Below are positions 25,545 through 37,520 of a stretch of 55,680 bases of DNA, in pieces (the first letter of the stretch is position 1; each line of letters opens with the position of its first letter). Made by a program: the position numbers and the translations under genes. Origin of the DNA: Mustelus asterias. Its lineage: Eukaryota. The notes beneath the pieces are model-generated. The model had not been told where the DNA came from, made no database searches, and saw only the letters and a program-made list of their open reading frames with translations. The DNA lies in NCBI RefSeq assembly GCF_964213995.1, contig NW_027592387.1, forward strand, positions 1-55,680. The letters are read 5' to 3'.

Positions 25545-25782
25545 CTGTGTGGGTTTCCTCCGGGTGCTCCAGTTTCCTCCCACAGTCCAATGATGTGCGG
25601 GTTAGGTCGATTGGCTATGCTAAAAAAATTGCCCCTTAGTGTCCTGGGATGCGTAGATTAGAGGGATTAGCGGGTAAAATATGTAGGGATATGGGGGTAG
25701 GGCCTGGGTGGGATTGTGGTCGGTGCAGACTCGATGGGCCGAATGGCCTCTTTCTGTGCTGTAGGGTTTCTATGATTCTATT
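25545..25782 (+). mobile_element. 5'-truncated HE1-like SINE
   Basis: Near identical to 14790-15020, same tail. Confidence 0.9.
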
Positions 25783-25819
25783 GTCCCTCTGAAGATAGAG
25801 GTTCTGAACCAACCCCTGA

Positions 25820-26610
25820 ATCATAACGGACATGCCAAATTTCCTTAGCTTCCTGAGAAAATAGAGGTGTTGGTGGGCTTTCTTAATTGTAGCATTGGCT
25901 GGAGGGACCAGGACAGGTTGTTGGTATCTGGTCACCTAGAAACTCAGCTCTCGACCATTTCCACTTCATCCCTGTTGATGTAGACAGGGACATGTCCCCC
26001 TCTACGCTTCCTGAAGTCGATGACAATCTCCTTCATTTTGTTGACATTGAGGGAGAGATTATTGTCACCGCACCAGTTCACCAGATTCTCTATCTCATTC
26101 CTGTTCTCTGTCTCGTCAGTGTTTGAGAAATGACCCACTGCGGTGGTGTCATCAGCAAACATGAAAATCAAGTTGGGGGGGAATTTGGCCACTCAGTCAT
26201 AGGTGTATAAGGAGTATAGTAGGGGGCTGAGGACACAGCCTTGTAGGGCACCGGTGTTGAGGATGATTGTGGAGGAGGTGTTGTTGCCTATTCTTACTGA
26301 TTGCAGTTTGTGTGTTAGGAAGTCTTGGATCCAGTCGTAGAGAGAGGAGCTAAACCCCAGGCCACGGAATTTGGAGATGTGTTTCATAGGAATAATGGTG
26401 TTGAAGGCTGAGCTGTAATCAATAAATAGGAGTCTGAAATAGGTGCTTTGTTATCCAGGTGGTTCCAGGGTTGAGTGCAGGGCCAGGGAGATGGTGCCTG
26501 CTGTGGACCTGTTGCGGCGGTTGTGAACTGTCGTGGATCCAGGCAGTCTGGGAGGCCGGACTGATTTGTGCCATGACTAACCTTTCAAAGCACTTCATAA
26601 TGATGGATGC
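25820..26610 (-). mobile_element. Rex1/Babar-like LINE RT fragment
   Basis: [74 protein letters not shown]. Confidence 0.8.
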
Positions 26611-26944
26611 ATTAATACATAGAAGATGGACAGAGAAAGGAAAGATTTACAGTGCAGAGATCACAGAGAACAATTGTGTTTCACATGATCCAGAATCAAA
26701 ATGTCGCTTCTGGGAGAATGAGGTGTGAGTTTCTTTGAGTCTCCCAGATTGCTCCATTTGTTCAGGGGTCAGAGACACACACAGATTCAGCTATTTCTCC
26801 CATTTTAATAATTTTAGAAATAGGTATGAGGATATCAATACATGTTTTCAAAGAAGTATGCAGTGTGAGGTCCCAGCCCCCTCACCGATGGAAACCCATT
26901 CTTGGAGATGGGACAGGTGTGTGGTTGGAAGGGCATCGAGGGGG

Positions 26945-27305
26945 TGAGACCCAGGGTAATGTTCTGGGAACCGAGGTTCAAATCCTGCCACGGCAGGTGG
27001 TGGAATTTACATTTCATAAAAGTTTAAATTTGAAAGGCTAATGATGAGCAAAAAATCATTATTGATTCTCATAAAAACCCATTGGGTTCATGAGTGCTGT
27101 TTAGGGAAAAACAAATCTGCCATCTTCACCTGGTCTGGCCCACATGTATCTCCAGATCTGCAACGTGGTTGAATCTTAAATTCCCTCTGATATGACACAG
27201 CAAACCTCTCAGTTATACCCAACTAGTATAAAGTTACTAAAAAGGTATGGAAATGGGCAGACCAGGCATGGGCCTTGACACGGGAAACAGCCTTGTCGAC
27301 CCTGC
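26945..27305 (+). mobile_element. Second SINE-like family (other copies 29412-29497 head only, and 40273-40565)
   Basis: Shared TAATGTTCTGGG...GTTC.AATCC...GGTGG.ATTT and AATCTGC..TCTT.ACCTGG.CTGGC...CATGT..CTCCAGA blocks among copies. Confidence 0.65.
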
Positions 27306-28003
27306 AAAGTCAGATTTAGAAAATAAATATTTGAACCTGGTTGTAAACAGCCTGCTTCAGCACCAGAGTGGGATGGTGTCAGTGTCCACGGGGTGGAGTT
27401 TGTAGCGTGGACTGAAGACAATCCTTTCATGTTTCTCACTCTTTAAATGGAGGAAACTTTTCCTCATCCAGGACAGGATCTCAGTCCAGTCGGGATGCTG
27501 TGTGACTTTGAGGTGATGATGTTCACATTCACCTGTGAACCTGGTCTTTCTAAATGGTGGAGGTTGAGGGTTTGGGAGTTTCTGTCTGGTTGTAGATGTA
27601 TCCACTCCTTCACCTCTTCTCCTCCCACATCTCTTAATCCCGCCCATCCGCTGCCTCTTCACATTGAAGCTCTGGTCTTGTATAGGTTCAGACTGGCTCA
27701 AAGGTTCCCTTCCCTGAAGGACATTAGTGAACCAGTTGGGTTTTTATGACAATCCATCAGTTTTCTTGGTCTCTTTTTCCCAGTGCTGGCCCCACAAATG
27801 ACCAGATTCATTCAGCTCCATTTCACAACCTGCCTTTGTGTTTTTGTGTGTTCTCTCTCACTCTCTTTTTTTCTTTTTTAAATCAATTTCACAGCATATT
27901 CAAAGGTGAGGATTTGCAGTCGGAAAACTGAAACCAAACATCACATCAGGATCAGACAGAGTCGCCCAATTTATCGTAATATGCGTATCATTGGATTTTG
28001 AAC

Positions 28004-28849
28004 ATGGAAGGAAAAAGCACCGCTCACAGTGGGGAGAAACTGTACACGTGTTCCGTGTGTGGACGGGGATTCAGCCGTTTATCTGGCCTGTCAAAACATA
28101 AATGCAGTCACAACGGGGAGAAATTGTGGAAATGTGAGTATTGTGGCAAGGGATTCAGTTCCCCATCAGAGCTGGAAATTCATCGACGGTGTCACACTGG
28201 GGAGAGACCGTTCACCTGCTCCGAGTGTGGGAAAGGATTCACTCAGTTGTCCCACCTAGTGAGACACCAGCGAGTTCACACTGGGGAGAGACCATTCACC
28301 TGCTCTGTGTGCAAGGTGGGATTCACTCAGTCAGCCCACCTGGTGTCACACCAGCGAGTTCACACTGGGGAGAGACCTTTCACCTGCTCCGAGTGCAAAA
28401 TGGGATTCACTCAGTCAGCCCACCTGGTGTCACACCAGCGAGTTCACACTGGGGAGAGACCATTCACCTGCTCCGAGTGTGGGAAGAAATTCAGCCGGTC
28501 GTTTCACCTTCTGATTCACCAGCGAATTCACTCTGGAGAGAGACCATTCACCTGCTCTGAGTGTGAGAAGGCATTCATTACATCAACCGAACTGTTGACA
28601 CACCAGCGGATTCACACTGAGGATAACCCGTTCACCTGCTCCAAATGTGGGAAGGAATTCGCTAACTCTTCTAACCTGATCTGCCATCAACGAATTCACA
28701 CTGACGAGAGACCTTTTAAATGCCCAGACTGTGGAAAGTGCTTTAAAAGTTTTGGGAACTTGATGACCCATCAACGGGTTCACACTCGAGTCCGTTCAGA
28801 TGCTTTCACTGTGGGACTGAGTTCAGACAATCATCTCCTCTCACTGTAA
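28004..28849 (+). CDS. C2H2 zinc-finger gene D: 9 fingers, then frameshift at ~28787-28791 and two decayed fingers to ~28940
   Basis: [19 protein letters not shown]... with HTGERPF linkers; acceptor TTTCACAG with exon starting at 27895. Confidence 0.85.
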   Translation: MEGKSTAHSGEKLYTCSVCGRGFSRLSGLSKHKCSHNGEKLWKCEYCGKGFSSPSELEIHRRCHTGERPFTCSECGKGFTQLSHLVRHQRVHTGERPFTCSVCKVGFTQSAHLVSHQRVHTGERPFTCSECKMGFTQSAHLVSHQRVHTGERPFTCSECGKKFSRSFHLLIHQRIHSGERPFTCSECEKAFITSTELLTHQRIHTEDNPFTCSKCGKEFANSSNLICHQRIHTDERPFKCPDCGKCFKSFGNLMTHQRVHTRVRSDAFTVGLSSDNHLLSL

Positions 28850-30611
28850 ACCAGCGAGTTCACACTGGGGAGAAACCATTCATCTGCTTCAAGTGTGGGA
28901 AAGGATTCAATCAGTCATCCAACGTGCTGACACACCAGCCAGATTGGAGTTTGCTGTTAATCACATCCAGAACTGAACTATATTTATTGGGGTCTGATGT
29001 TAACAATATCCAGTGCAGATTTAGATATTAGTATTCTGGGTTAAAAATAAAATAAAAAATCAACTTTGTTTTAATTTTTGAATGACTGCATCTTCATTTG
29101 GGAGGCTGGGATTATCCCCGTTTCGAGGGAACTAAGGAATAGACCATAAGCCGTAGGAGCAGCATTCGGCCATTCAGCCTTCATTATAACAATGATCTCA
29201 TTGTGATTCCTGCTGGTTGGGAAATGTGCGATATTAATGCCAGTCTGTCTTTCTTTAATTATCTTCAATCCCAGTCCTCTGGTTACTGACCCGCATCAGT
29301 GGAACAGTTTCTCCCGATCTGCTCTATCAAACCACCCGTCCCCACCCCCATAATCTTGAACAGATCCATGAAATCTCCATTTTAGCTTCTTTGTTCTAAA
29401 GGGAACACATTTGGGGGAGGCGATGCCTAATGGTATTATCGATAGACTATTAATCCAGAAACCCAGCTAATGTTCTGGGGACCCGGATTCGAATCCACAT
29501 TTTGAAAAAGATGAACAGTGTCTGTGGTTTACAGTGAGAGGAGATGATTGTCTGAACTCAGTCCCACAGCGAAAGCATCTGAACAGGTGGTGCAGCACAT
29601 TTCCCAGGACATTGGAGCAGTAATGAATGAGGCCAGGATGACAGAGTCGAAACAACATTATATTCTTTATGCTTGAAACCTGTCTTAGAATTCTCTTCAT
29701 TAACTGGACCATCAATGTGAGGGGAATTAGCATCTTCTGTAATTCCAGAACCAAGAGACACTGATTCCCCAGGGATGTTGTTCTGTAATTTACACTATCC
29801 CCCAGCAGGGCTCTTCACCCAGGCTGACAACAGGCAGCTCAGTGTTCGTGATTTGTCATTGCTGCTGTTCCAGATGTTGTTCAATGTAGACTCAAGTTTA
29901 GAGAAAGGAGTGGAAATGGGTCATCAGAACTCTCACTGTCCCTGACGGGTAATGATTACTTGAATTTCTCAAACATTGTGGTTTGTAAAGACACTGTTAT
30001 TTCATCTCCAGTATTAGTCAGAATGGGCTGTATTCTCCACATGATAGGGCTGGAATTATCTGTGTGGGTGTGTGTCTATGAATGAAGATGTCTGTCTGGG
30101 TGTGGGTGTGTGTCTATGTTTGCCCATATCTGTGTAAGAGACAGGGAGAGAGAGTGTGTTTGGATCTCTGTGTTTGGATATCTTTATGTGCTGCTCCTTC
30201 TTAGGTGGTTTGTCTCAAAGGTTCCTCTCCGGGTGATTTGAGTAGAATCATTCAGAGATTCTTCATCCTGGGTGAATCCACAGGCTGACCATGTGCTGTG
30301 TAAAACCTGACATCCACACCACCAGACTCCACTTTTCCTGGAACAACATCAAATGTTTGCTGCTTTCCTGATCCTTCCTTTTCCCTCCCTTTTCAATTCT
30401 ATCACTTCTCATGATTCTGAATTTCAGAGAGGACAGACTCATCCCACTGAATGTCCTCCAAGGACAACCGCCTCATCTCAGGAATCAGTCCAGTGAAATT
30501 TAGTTGCACAAAGACAGTGAGCAAATAGAACAAAGACCAAAAGAGGGAAATAGATAGAGACACAGACAGAGGCTGTTCGAGTGAAAGAGACTGAGCAAGA
30601 GTTACAGTCAG

Positions 30612-32090
30612 AGTCATACAGTGCAGAAAACACCCTTCGACCCATCGAGTCTGCACCAACAATAGCTACCACTAAGCCCCATGCTAATCCCATTTTCCAG
30701 CACTTGTCCCATATCCTTATCTGAATGCTATAATATTTCAAGTGCTCATCCAAATACTTTTTAAAGGTTGTTAAGTTTCCAGCCTCCACTACCTTCCCAG
30801 GCAGTTTATTACAGATTCCCACCACCCTCTGATTTTTCTCAACTCTCCTCTGAATCTCTTGCCTGGCCCCCTAAAACTACATCCCCTCATGATTGACCTC
30901 TCAACCAAGGGTTCTACTCACCCGGTCCATATCCTTCATAATCTTATTCACCACAGTCATGTCCCCCTCAGCCTTCTCTGCTCTAAACACTCCAAACCAA
31001 TCCAGTCTCCTTATAGCTCAAATGTTCCATCCCAGGCAACATCCTGGTGAATCTCCTCTGTACCCCCTCCAGTGCAATCACATCCTGTGGGGGGGAGGTT
31101 TAACACAGATATCAGAAGGATATATTTCACACAGAGGATCGTGGGGGCCTGGAATGTGTTGCCGGGCAAGGTGGTGGAGGCGGACACACTGGGAACGTTT
31201 ACGACTTATCTAGGCAGCTATATGAACGGAGTGGGAATGGAGAGATACAAAAGAGTGGTCTAGTTTGGACCCGGGAGCGGCGCGGGCTAATTGTTCCTTG
31301 TTTCTCGTTTCAAGGCTTCATTCTATGATCATCTTGCTGGTGCCAGTACAGAGCGAGACTGCGGATAGTTGGGAACCTGTCTCGGGGGCAGGGAATTCAT
31401 ATGGTGTTCGTGGAAGTGGAAATGACTATGGTTGGGAAGCATTTTCCGATCGGGGCCATTGTGATCTCCTGGACTCGTTTCGATCGCCTCAGGGGGTCGG
31501 AGAGGAATTTCCCAGATTTTTTTTCCCCATATTGGCCCTGGGGTTTTTCACTCTGGGTTTTCGCCTCTCCCTGGAGATCACATGGTCTGGAATGGGGGGG
31601 TGGGGGTGAGTTAATAGGTTGTAATGAACAAAGCATCGTATCTGTGAGGGACAGCTCGGTGGATAGGATATTGGTATGTAGATAGGCTGGAAAATTGGGC
31701 GGGGATCCTGGATTCAGGATTCAATCCTGGACTGGGGAGCGGCGCGGGCTTGGAGGGCCAAAGGGCCTGTTCCTGTGCTGTATTGTTCTTTGTTCTTTGT
31801 TCCTATAGTGAGGTGACCAGAACTGCACACAGTACTCCAGCTGTGGCCTAACCAACATTCTGTACAGCTCCAACATTATCTCTTTGTTCTTATACTGTAT
31901 GCCACGACTGATAAAAGCAAGTGTCTCATATGCCTTCTTATTCTATTCATCTGCTCTGCTACCTTAAGTGAATAAATACCCCAAGATCCATCTGCTCCTC
32001 TGATTTTACCTCGTGTCCTTCCATTCATTAATTATTTCTTTGTCTTGTTACTTCTTCCAAAGTGCATCACTTCACACTTATCAAGGTTAA
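30612..32090. mobile_element. Old minus-strand CR1 fragment interrupted by a plus-strand CR1 3' end (~31087-31800)
   Basis: Minus CR1 sequence stops at CATCCT 31086 and resumes at TCCTATAGTG 31801; insert has FTQRIVGAWN.LP and TTCTTTG tail. Confidence 0.75.
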
Positions 32091-32519
32091 ATAGCATATT
32101 TTTTTATTAATTTGTGGGACATGGGTGTTGCTCGCTGGCCATCCCTCATTGCCCTTGAGAAGGTGGTGGTGAGCTACCTTCTTAAATTGCTGCAGTATAT
32201 GTGCTGTGGGTTTACCTACAATGCGGTTAGGGAGGGAATTCCAGGATTTTGACCCAGTGACTGTGAAGGAACGGTGAAATATTTCGAAATCTACCAGTGT
32301 TCTGCCCATGTGACCAACCCAACTATATCTTGTTGCAACCTACGACAGAGTGGGGTAGACTCTAAAAGGACCCTGGGTCTCTGGAATACTCGTCCAGTAA
32401 CAATCCCACCATGCACATTGGGAGATGTATCAATTGGTTTAATAATTTTATATATTAACCCTCTAGTTCTGACCGTAATTGGATGACAAAATACAATTTT
32501 GTGTTGAAATTATTTCCTT

Positions 32520-32822
32520 CCTATGGCGGTGCTCTTACCCAGCATTCGCAGCGAGAGAGAATGTGCCGCATTGTCACAACAGCAGCCGCTTGCGCAGGCG
32601 CAGTACCTGATTCCGAGTGGAGCATGCGCTCTGCGGATTTGGACTGGCCCATGCGCAATGTGGATGCTGGAGCTGCAGGGAGGCGGGGAAGTGGGTGCAG
32701 AGGCTTCAGAAACAGACCGGAAGGACACTTATACTCCAGCCAATCAGTGGGTGGGCTTTGTGACATTGGAGGTTGAGCTTCACACCGACTGAACCTTCTT
32801 CCTGTGTCCCACATCTGTGAGT
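32520..32822 (+). promoter_or_regulatory. Orphan ZNF-type CpG promoter with putative non-coding first exon ending at donor GTGAGT (32817)
   Basis: TGCGCAGGCGCA (NRF1), CCGGAAG (ETS), GCCAATCAG, ATGGCGG; exon-like sequence homologous to the flanks of the 10-12.7 kb minisatellite. Confidence 0.6.
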
Positions 32823-32852
32823 AAAACAGTTTGTTTGTGTTGCAGATAAAGT

Positions 32853-33175
32853 CATGATGTGGAGATGCCGGCGTTGGACTGGGGTGAACACAGTAAGAAG
32901 TCTCACAACACCAGGTTAAAGTCCAACAGGTTTGTTTGGTAGCAAATACCATAAGCTTTCGGAGCGCTGCTCCTTCGTCAGATGGAGTGGAAATGTGCTC
33001 TCAAACAGTGCAAAGAGACACAAAATCAAGTTGCAGAATACTGATTAGAATGCGAATCCCTACAGCCAGCCAGGTCTTAAAGGTACAGACAATGTGCATG
33101 GAGGGAGCATTAAACACAGGTTAAAGAGATGTGTATTGTCTCCAGACAGAGGTTGTTCTGTCTGGAGACAATACA
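32853..33175 (-). mobile_element. Penelope-like 3' fragment with fold-back hairpin at its truncation point
   Basis: Same terminal motif as 24247; 19-bp perfect inverted repeat 33132-33150/33157-33175. Confidence 0.8.
32949..32985 (-). ncRNA. Minimal hammerhead ribozyme motif (best-formed copy)
   Basis: CCAT-CTGACGA-A-GGAGC-AGC-GCTCC-GAAA-GCTT-ATGG: stem I CCAT/ATGG, stem II GGAGC/GCTCC, palindromic AGCT stem III. Confidence 0.75.
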
Positions 33176-33712
33176 AAATATTGGTAAGGCCACAGTTGGA
33201 ATACTTTGTGCAGTTCTGGTCTATTATAGGAAGGGTATTATTAATCTTGAAAGAGTGCAGAAAAGATTTACTCGGATGCTACCAGGACTTGATGGTTTAA
33301 ATTATAATGAGTGGTTGGATAGATTGGGGCTTTTTATTTCTGGAGCGTAGGAGGCTGAGTGGTGATCTTACAGAGGTCTATAAAATAATGAGGGGCACAG
33401 ATCAGCTAGATAGTAAATATATTTTCCCAAAGGTAGGGGAGTCTGAAACTAGAGGGCATAAGATTAAGGTGAGAGGGGAGAGATATAAAGGGGTCCAGAG
33501 GGGTAATTCTTTCACACAGAGGGTGGTGAGTGTCTGGAACAAGCTGCCAGACAGTCTTTTCAAAAGTGCATAGAGAGTTAAATGGCTATCGAGGGTAATG
33601 GGCCAAACACGGGCAATTAGGACGAGCTTTGTCGTTAAAAAGGGCGGCATTGACTTGTTGGGCCGAAGGGCCTGTTTGCATGCTTATACCTCTGTGACTC
33701 TATGACTCTATC
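33176..33712 (+). mobile_element. CR1 LINE 3' fragment
   Basis: LVRPQLEY, LERVQKRFTRM, TRGHKIK, FTQRVVSVWN; (TATGACTC)n tail. Confidence 0.9.
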
Positions 33713-34738
33713 TCACCTTCCTGATTCTCCCAGATACTGATTCCAGATGAGTCAGCCTCCGATTTAAATGGATGAAGGAGATATCATTATGCTATGTTGT
33801 CAAATGCGATTGGCTGAGCAACTTGTCAGGAATTATTATTGATGTATGTTGACTGAACGTAATTGATTCTGAAACTAATATGAGGTCGGAACGATCGGTA
33901 CGAAAATGTATAATTGATCTGTTATTGATGGTACACGTTAGATGCATCGGAAAGATCCTGCCGCTCGGTTCCAGAGCGACTTAACCCTTTTGGTCATCTC
34001 CAAGCAGCTGATAGTTCTGTTTTTGTTTTAAATAAATGTTCCGTCCTTACACAGAGATATCTGCCACGTGAGTTTTATATTGTCTGTAGTTAAATACAGT
34101 ATTGGTCATCTCAAATTATCCCATAGCACTCGCCTTAATTTGGAAATTTGTAATCTATTATGTGCTTATGTGAAATGCACCTCAGTCTCTTGGTTTCACC
34201 TCATGGTTTGCACCTCTGCTCTGTATGTGTTCTCTATCTAGCTTGTGGCATGTCTGCCTTGTAAGTATTCCATCGGACGAAATATAGAGAGATTCACACT
34301 GTTGACCCACGCTGCAGCGACACTGATAGTTTTTTTAAGGGGCAGTGTAAAGGAAACTATCTTCTGCCACACACTGTCCTGCATCGGCCTCTGATGAAAC
34401 AGAGCCTTTGCTTTTTAGAATTACCTGAAACTCGGTCAGTGGCAGACCAGTTTATGAGTGAAATCACCGAGGTTCTTCTCATTCTTCACTCGCTCTGTCT
34501 CTGGATTTTATCATAAAAAGGCAGAGATGAAGGTGTCTTTATACGGATTGGCCACTGGGTGGCGCAGTGACTCTTTCACTGAACGGCCTTGAGTTCAAAC
34601 ACATCCCGCACAGGACTGGGGGAACAGACATGTCTGGGAAAGAGGGGAAACCGTATAATATGGAATATGGGGCGGAGTTGATGGGCTTTGGAAAACGGAA
34701 TTAAGCCAAGCCAGAGATGGTTAAATTTTCATTCAATA

Positions 34739-34744
34739 TTTATT
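34739..34744 (-). terminator. Candidate polyA signal for membrane IgM mRNA
   Basis: AATAAA on minus ~450 bp downstream of the TM2 stop; positional inference. Confidence 0.45.
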
Positions 34745-35197
34745 TTAAAAATTCAGAGAATATTTTACAGCGACATTATTTTTTAAAGTTAGAAAAGTGA
34801 ATTTAACGATCGAGCTTCACATTGAGAACACAACACATGCACAGGGAATCCGTCAATATTTGTACATCTGTTACATACACCAGAAAGAGAAAACAGGACC
34901 TTAATAGAAAGAGGAATTAACAAATATGGATAAGGAATGAGAAAAGTTTCTTATTTATACATGATATTTAAACTATGGGGAAACTGTTAACCACAATTAC
35001 ATTATAACAAAAAATGCCTCGTGCTTTTCACTCTGAAAACTGAAATACCGTCTATGATTGTCTCAGTTACAGATTCAGAATGATAAACTGAGAGAATTTT
35101 ACTGATAGAGTCACCAAGAGCAGATATTGTATTTGTGTCATACGGAGATCATAATAATCAGCTGAGGGAAATCTGCAGCTTCCAAAATTCAACCCCA

Positions 35198-35206
35198 TCA
35201 CTTGAT
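35198..35206 (-). CDS. IGHM: IgM TM2 exon coding part (IK-stop)
   Basis: Acceptor TCTTTCTTTTACAG then ATC AAG TGA; cytoplasmic tail KIK. Confidence 0.85.
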   Translation of the reverse strand: MK

Positions 35207-35342
35207 CTGTAAAAGAAAGATACAATAATGAAGCAGTTGTTTATGATGCGGGATATTAAAGTTAGAGTTTTTAATGGAACATTGAGAGATTTTTCAAGTC
35301 CATTCTGTCAGTTTGATATGTGAGTGCATTCAATCATCTCAC

Positions 35343-35470
35343 CTTCACCAGAGTGACCGCAGTGCTGTAGAAAATGCTCAGGAAGAACAGGACAATGAAT
35401 GTGGAAGCCGTTGTCCAGATGTTACTGTTATCATCCTCATTGTCTTCAATCCAGATGCGGTCGGTGGAGT
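35343..35470 (-). CDS. IGHM: IgM TM1 exon
   Basis: AG/GT bounded; DSTDRIWIEDNEDDNSNIWTTASTFIVLFFLSIFYSTAVTLVK contains the conserved antigen-receptor TM motif. Confidence 0.95.
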
Positions 35471-36300
35471 CTAGGGGACGGAGACCAGGATATGAAATTA
35501 GATTACTTTGTTTATCCAGGTAATCTTATTGTTATTTTTCTTTTCCCCGTTCTCCTTTTTAAACTGTTCATTTATTCTTGAACTTAATTTTCAATGTATA
35601 CCTACTCTTAAGCTCAGGACACTCAGTAACCGATCTCCGTAACTATTTTCACACCTGATCTTTATTGACATTCCTTGGACAGTCCATGTCAGAAAGCACT
35701 GAAGATGTTTTCTTGAAAATCAGTTGATTTTTTGACAATTCGGAACTATCCCTTATTGAAGAATATTATCACTGATATCGAGGAACGTTCACTAATCAAT
35801 GATTATTTTCACAGATGGTTACTGATCTGTAAACTGTGAATGTTGTTGTTTAAGAGTTGGGATGTAATTTCCGATCTGTGCTTCTTTATGGTGGAAATGT
35901 TTAGTAGATCGTGAGCTTAATTCAGTTTCTCAACGTGTTTATCTGTTCATTGTACATTGGGATAATAAATCTGTGGATATCTCCATTAAAAAATCACGTT
36001 TAAATTTTACTTTCATCATTTGCCTACCGTTTGTATTGAAGATTTTGCATTTGTGTGCGTATGCATGAGCATCTCGTGCTCTGCATTAATCTTTGGCTCT
36101 GAGTTAATATGTGTTTATGAGTGTTAATGTACGCGTTCATTTGCCAGTGATTGTTGATTTGTGTAGTTGTGCGCATATTTAATTCTTTTGTCATTGTGTA
36201 TATATGACTCTATTATTGTGTGAAGTCTATGAATATATATTAATGCCACTCTTAATGCGTGCTATATGTCACTCTAATAATGTTTGTTTCCCTTTCTGTG

Positions 36301-36425
36301 GAGTTGCCGGCGTTGGACTGGGGTCGGCACAGTAAGTAGTCTCACAACACCCGGTTAAAGTCCAACAGGTTTATTTGGTTGCACGAGCTTTCGGAGCGTT
36401 GCCCCTTCATCAGGTAACTACTTAC
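36301..36425 (-). mobile_element. Penelope pLTR fragment with hammerhead motif (36382-36416) in the CH4-TM1 intron
   Basis: CTGATGA-A-GGGGC-AAC-GCTCC-GAAA-GCTC on minus; 16-bp direct repeat TGTTTCCCTTTCTGTG at 36285-36300/36426-36441. Confidence 0.8.
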
Positions 36426-36429
36426 TGTT

Positions 36430-37520
36430 TCCCTTTCTGTGTGCGTCTGTTTCTCTATGTGTCTGTGTGCACGCCTGTTAACATGTCAGTGTTTGTATAC
36501 ACGTGTTGCCATGCTTTATAACGGTGCGTTTATGTATATTTGTGTTTCGATGTGTGGTAATGTGTGCTATGATGTTCTGTTCTATGAGCATGTTGATGTT
36601 TGCGTCCACATGTTTGTGTGTAAATGTTTTGCTGTCTGTTCTTCTATATGCAGTCTGGTGATTTGTTTCTATGTATTTCCATATATGTTTGTGAATGTGT
36701 ATAACATTGTGTGTCTTTATATCTATATTCCTATCAGCGTGAACGTGTGCTAATATATATATGTATTTATTTGAGTCAAAGTATGTGCTTGTGTATTTAT
36801 GTGGGTCTGCATGCGTGTGTATCTGTCTGTATTGTGTCTATGCATATATGTGTTTGTGTTTGGGTCTGTACCTACTCACGTATGTGTATGTGTATGTACT
36901 TGTGTGTTTCATGTGTACATGTGTGGTTTGTACATATTTGATTATGTGTGTGTATGTTGTTGTTTTAGTGTCTGTTTGTACAAGAGCGCGTGTCTATGTG
37001 TTTGTATGTGTGTGTCTGTGTGTGTGCGAGTGAGAGAGAGAGAATGGGTGTGTCCCTATGTATATTTGTGTACGGATGTGTTTGTGTATGGGTGTATTTT
37101 TGTGTGGGTGTATTTGTGTAAGTGTGTATTTCTGTTTGTGCATGTTTTGCCCATGAGTGCATTTGTGTGTGCATTCTTGTTTCTCTGCATGTGTGTTCGT
37201 CTGTGCAAGTATTGAGTGTACCTATGGTGTGTGAAAGTGTATCTGTTGTGTATTTGTGTGTTTCTGTGTCTGTATTTGAATGTGCCTGTCCCTATTTCTG
37301 TATATGTATGTGTGTGGGGGTATGTGCTTGCGTTTGTGTGTGTATATTTACATGTGTCTTTCTGCATTTGTGTGCATATGTGTGAGTATGTGTATTTGTG
37401 TGTGTAGTTGTGCATTTGTGTCGATGTGTGTGTGTGTATGTGTGTGAGTGTGAGTGTGTGTGTGTGCGCTTATGTGTGTATTTATAATTGTGACAGTTTT
37501 GTGGAGTATTGTCAGTGTGT
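36430..37520. repeat. Degenerate (TG)n low-complexity tract
   Basis: TG/TA-rich; ORFs here are Cys/Val or His/Thr junk. Confidence 0.9.
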
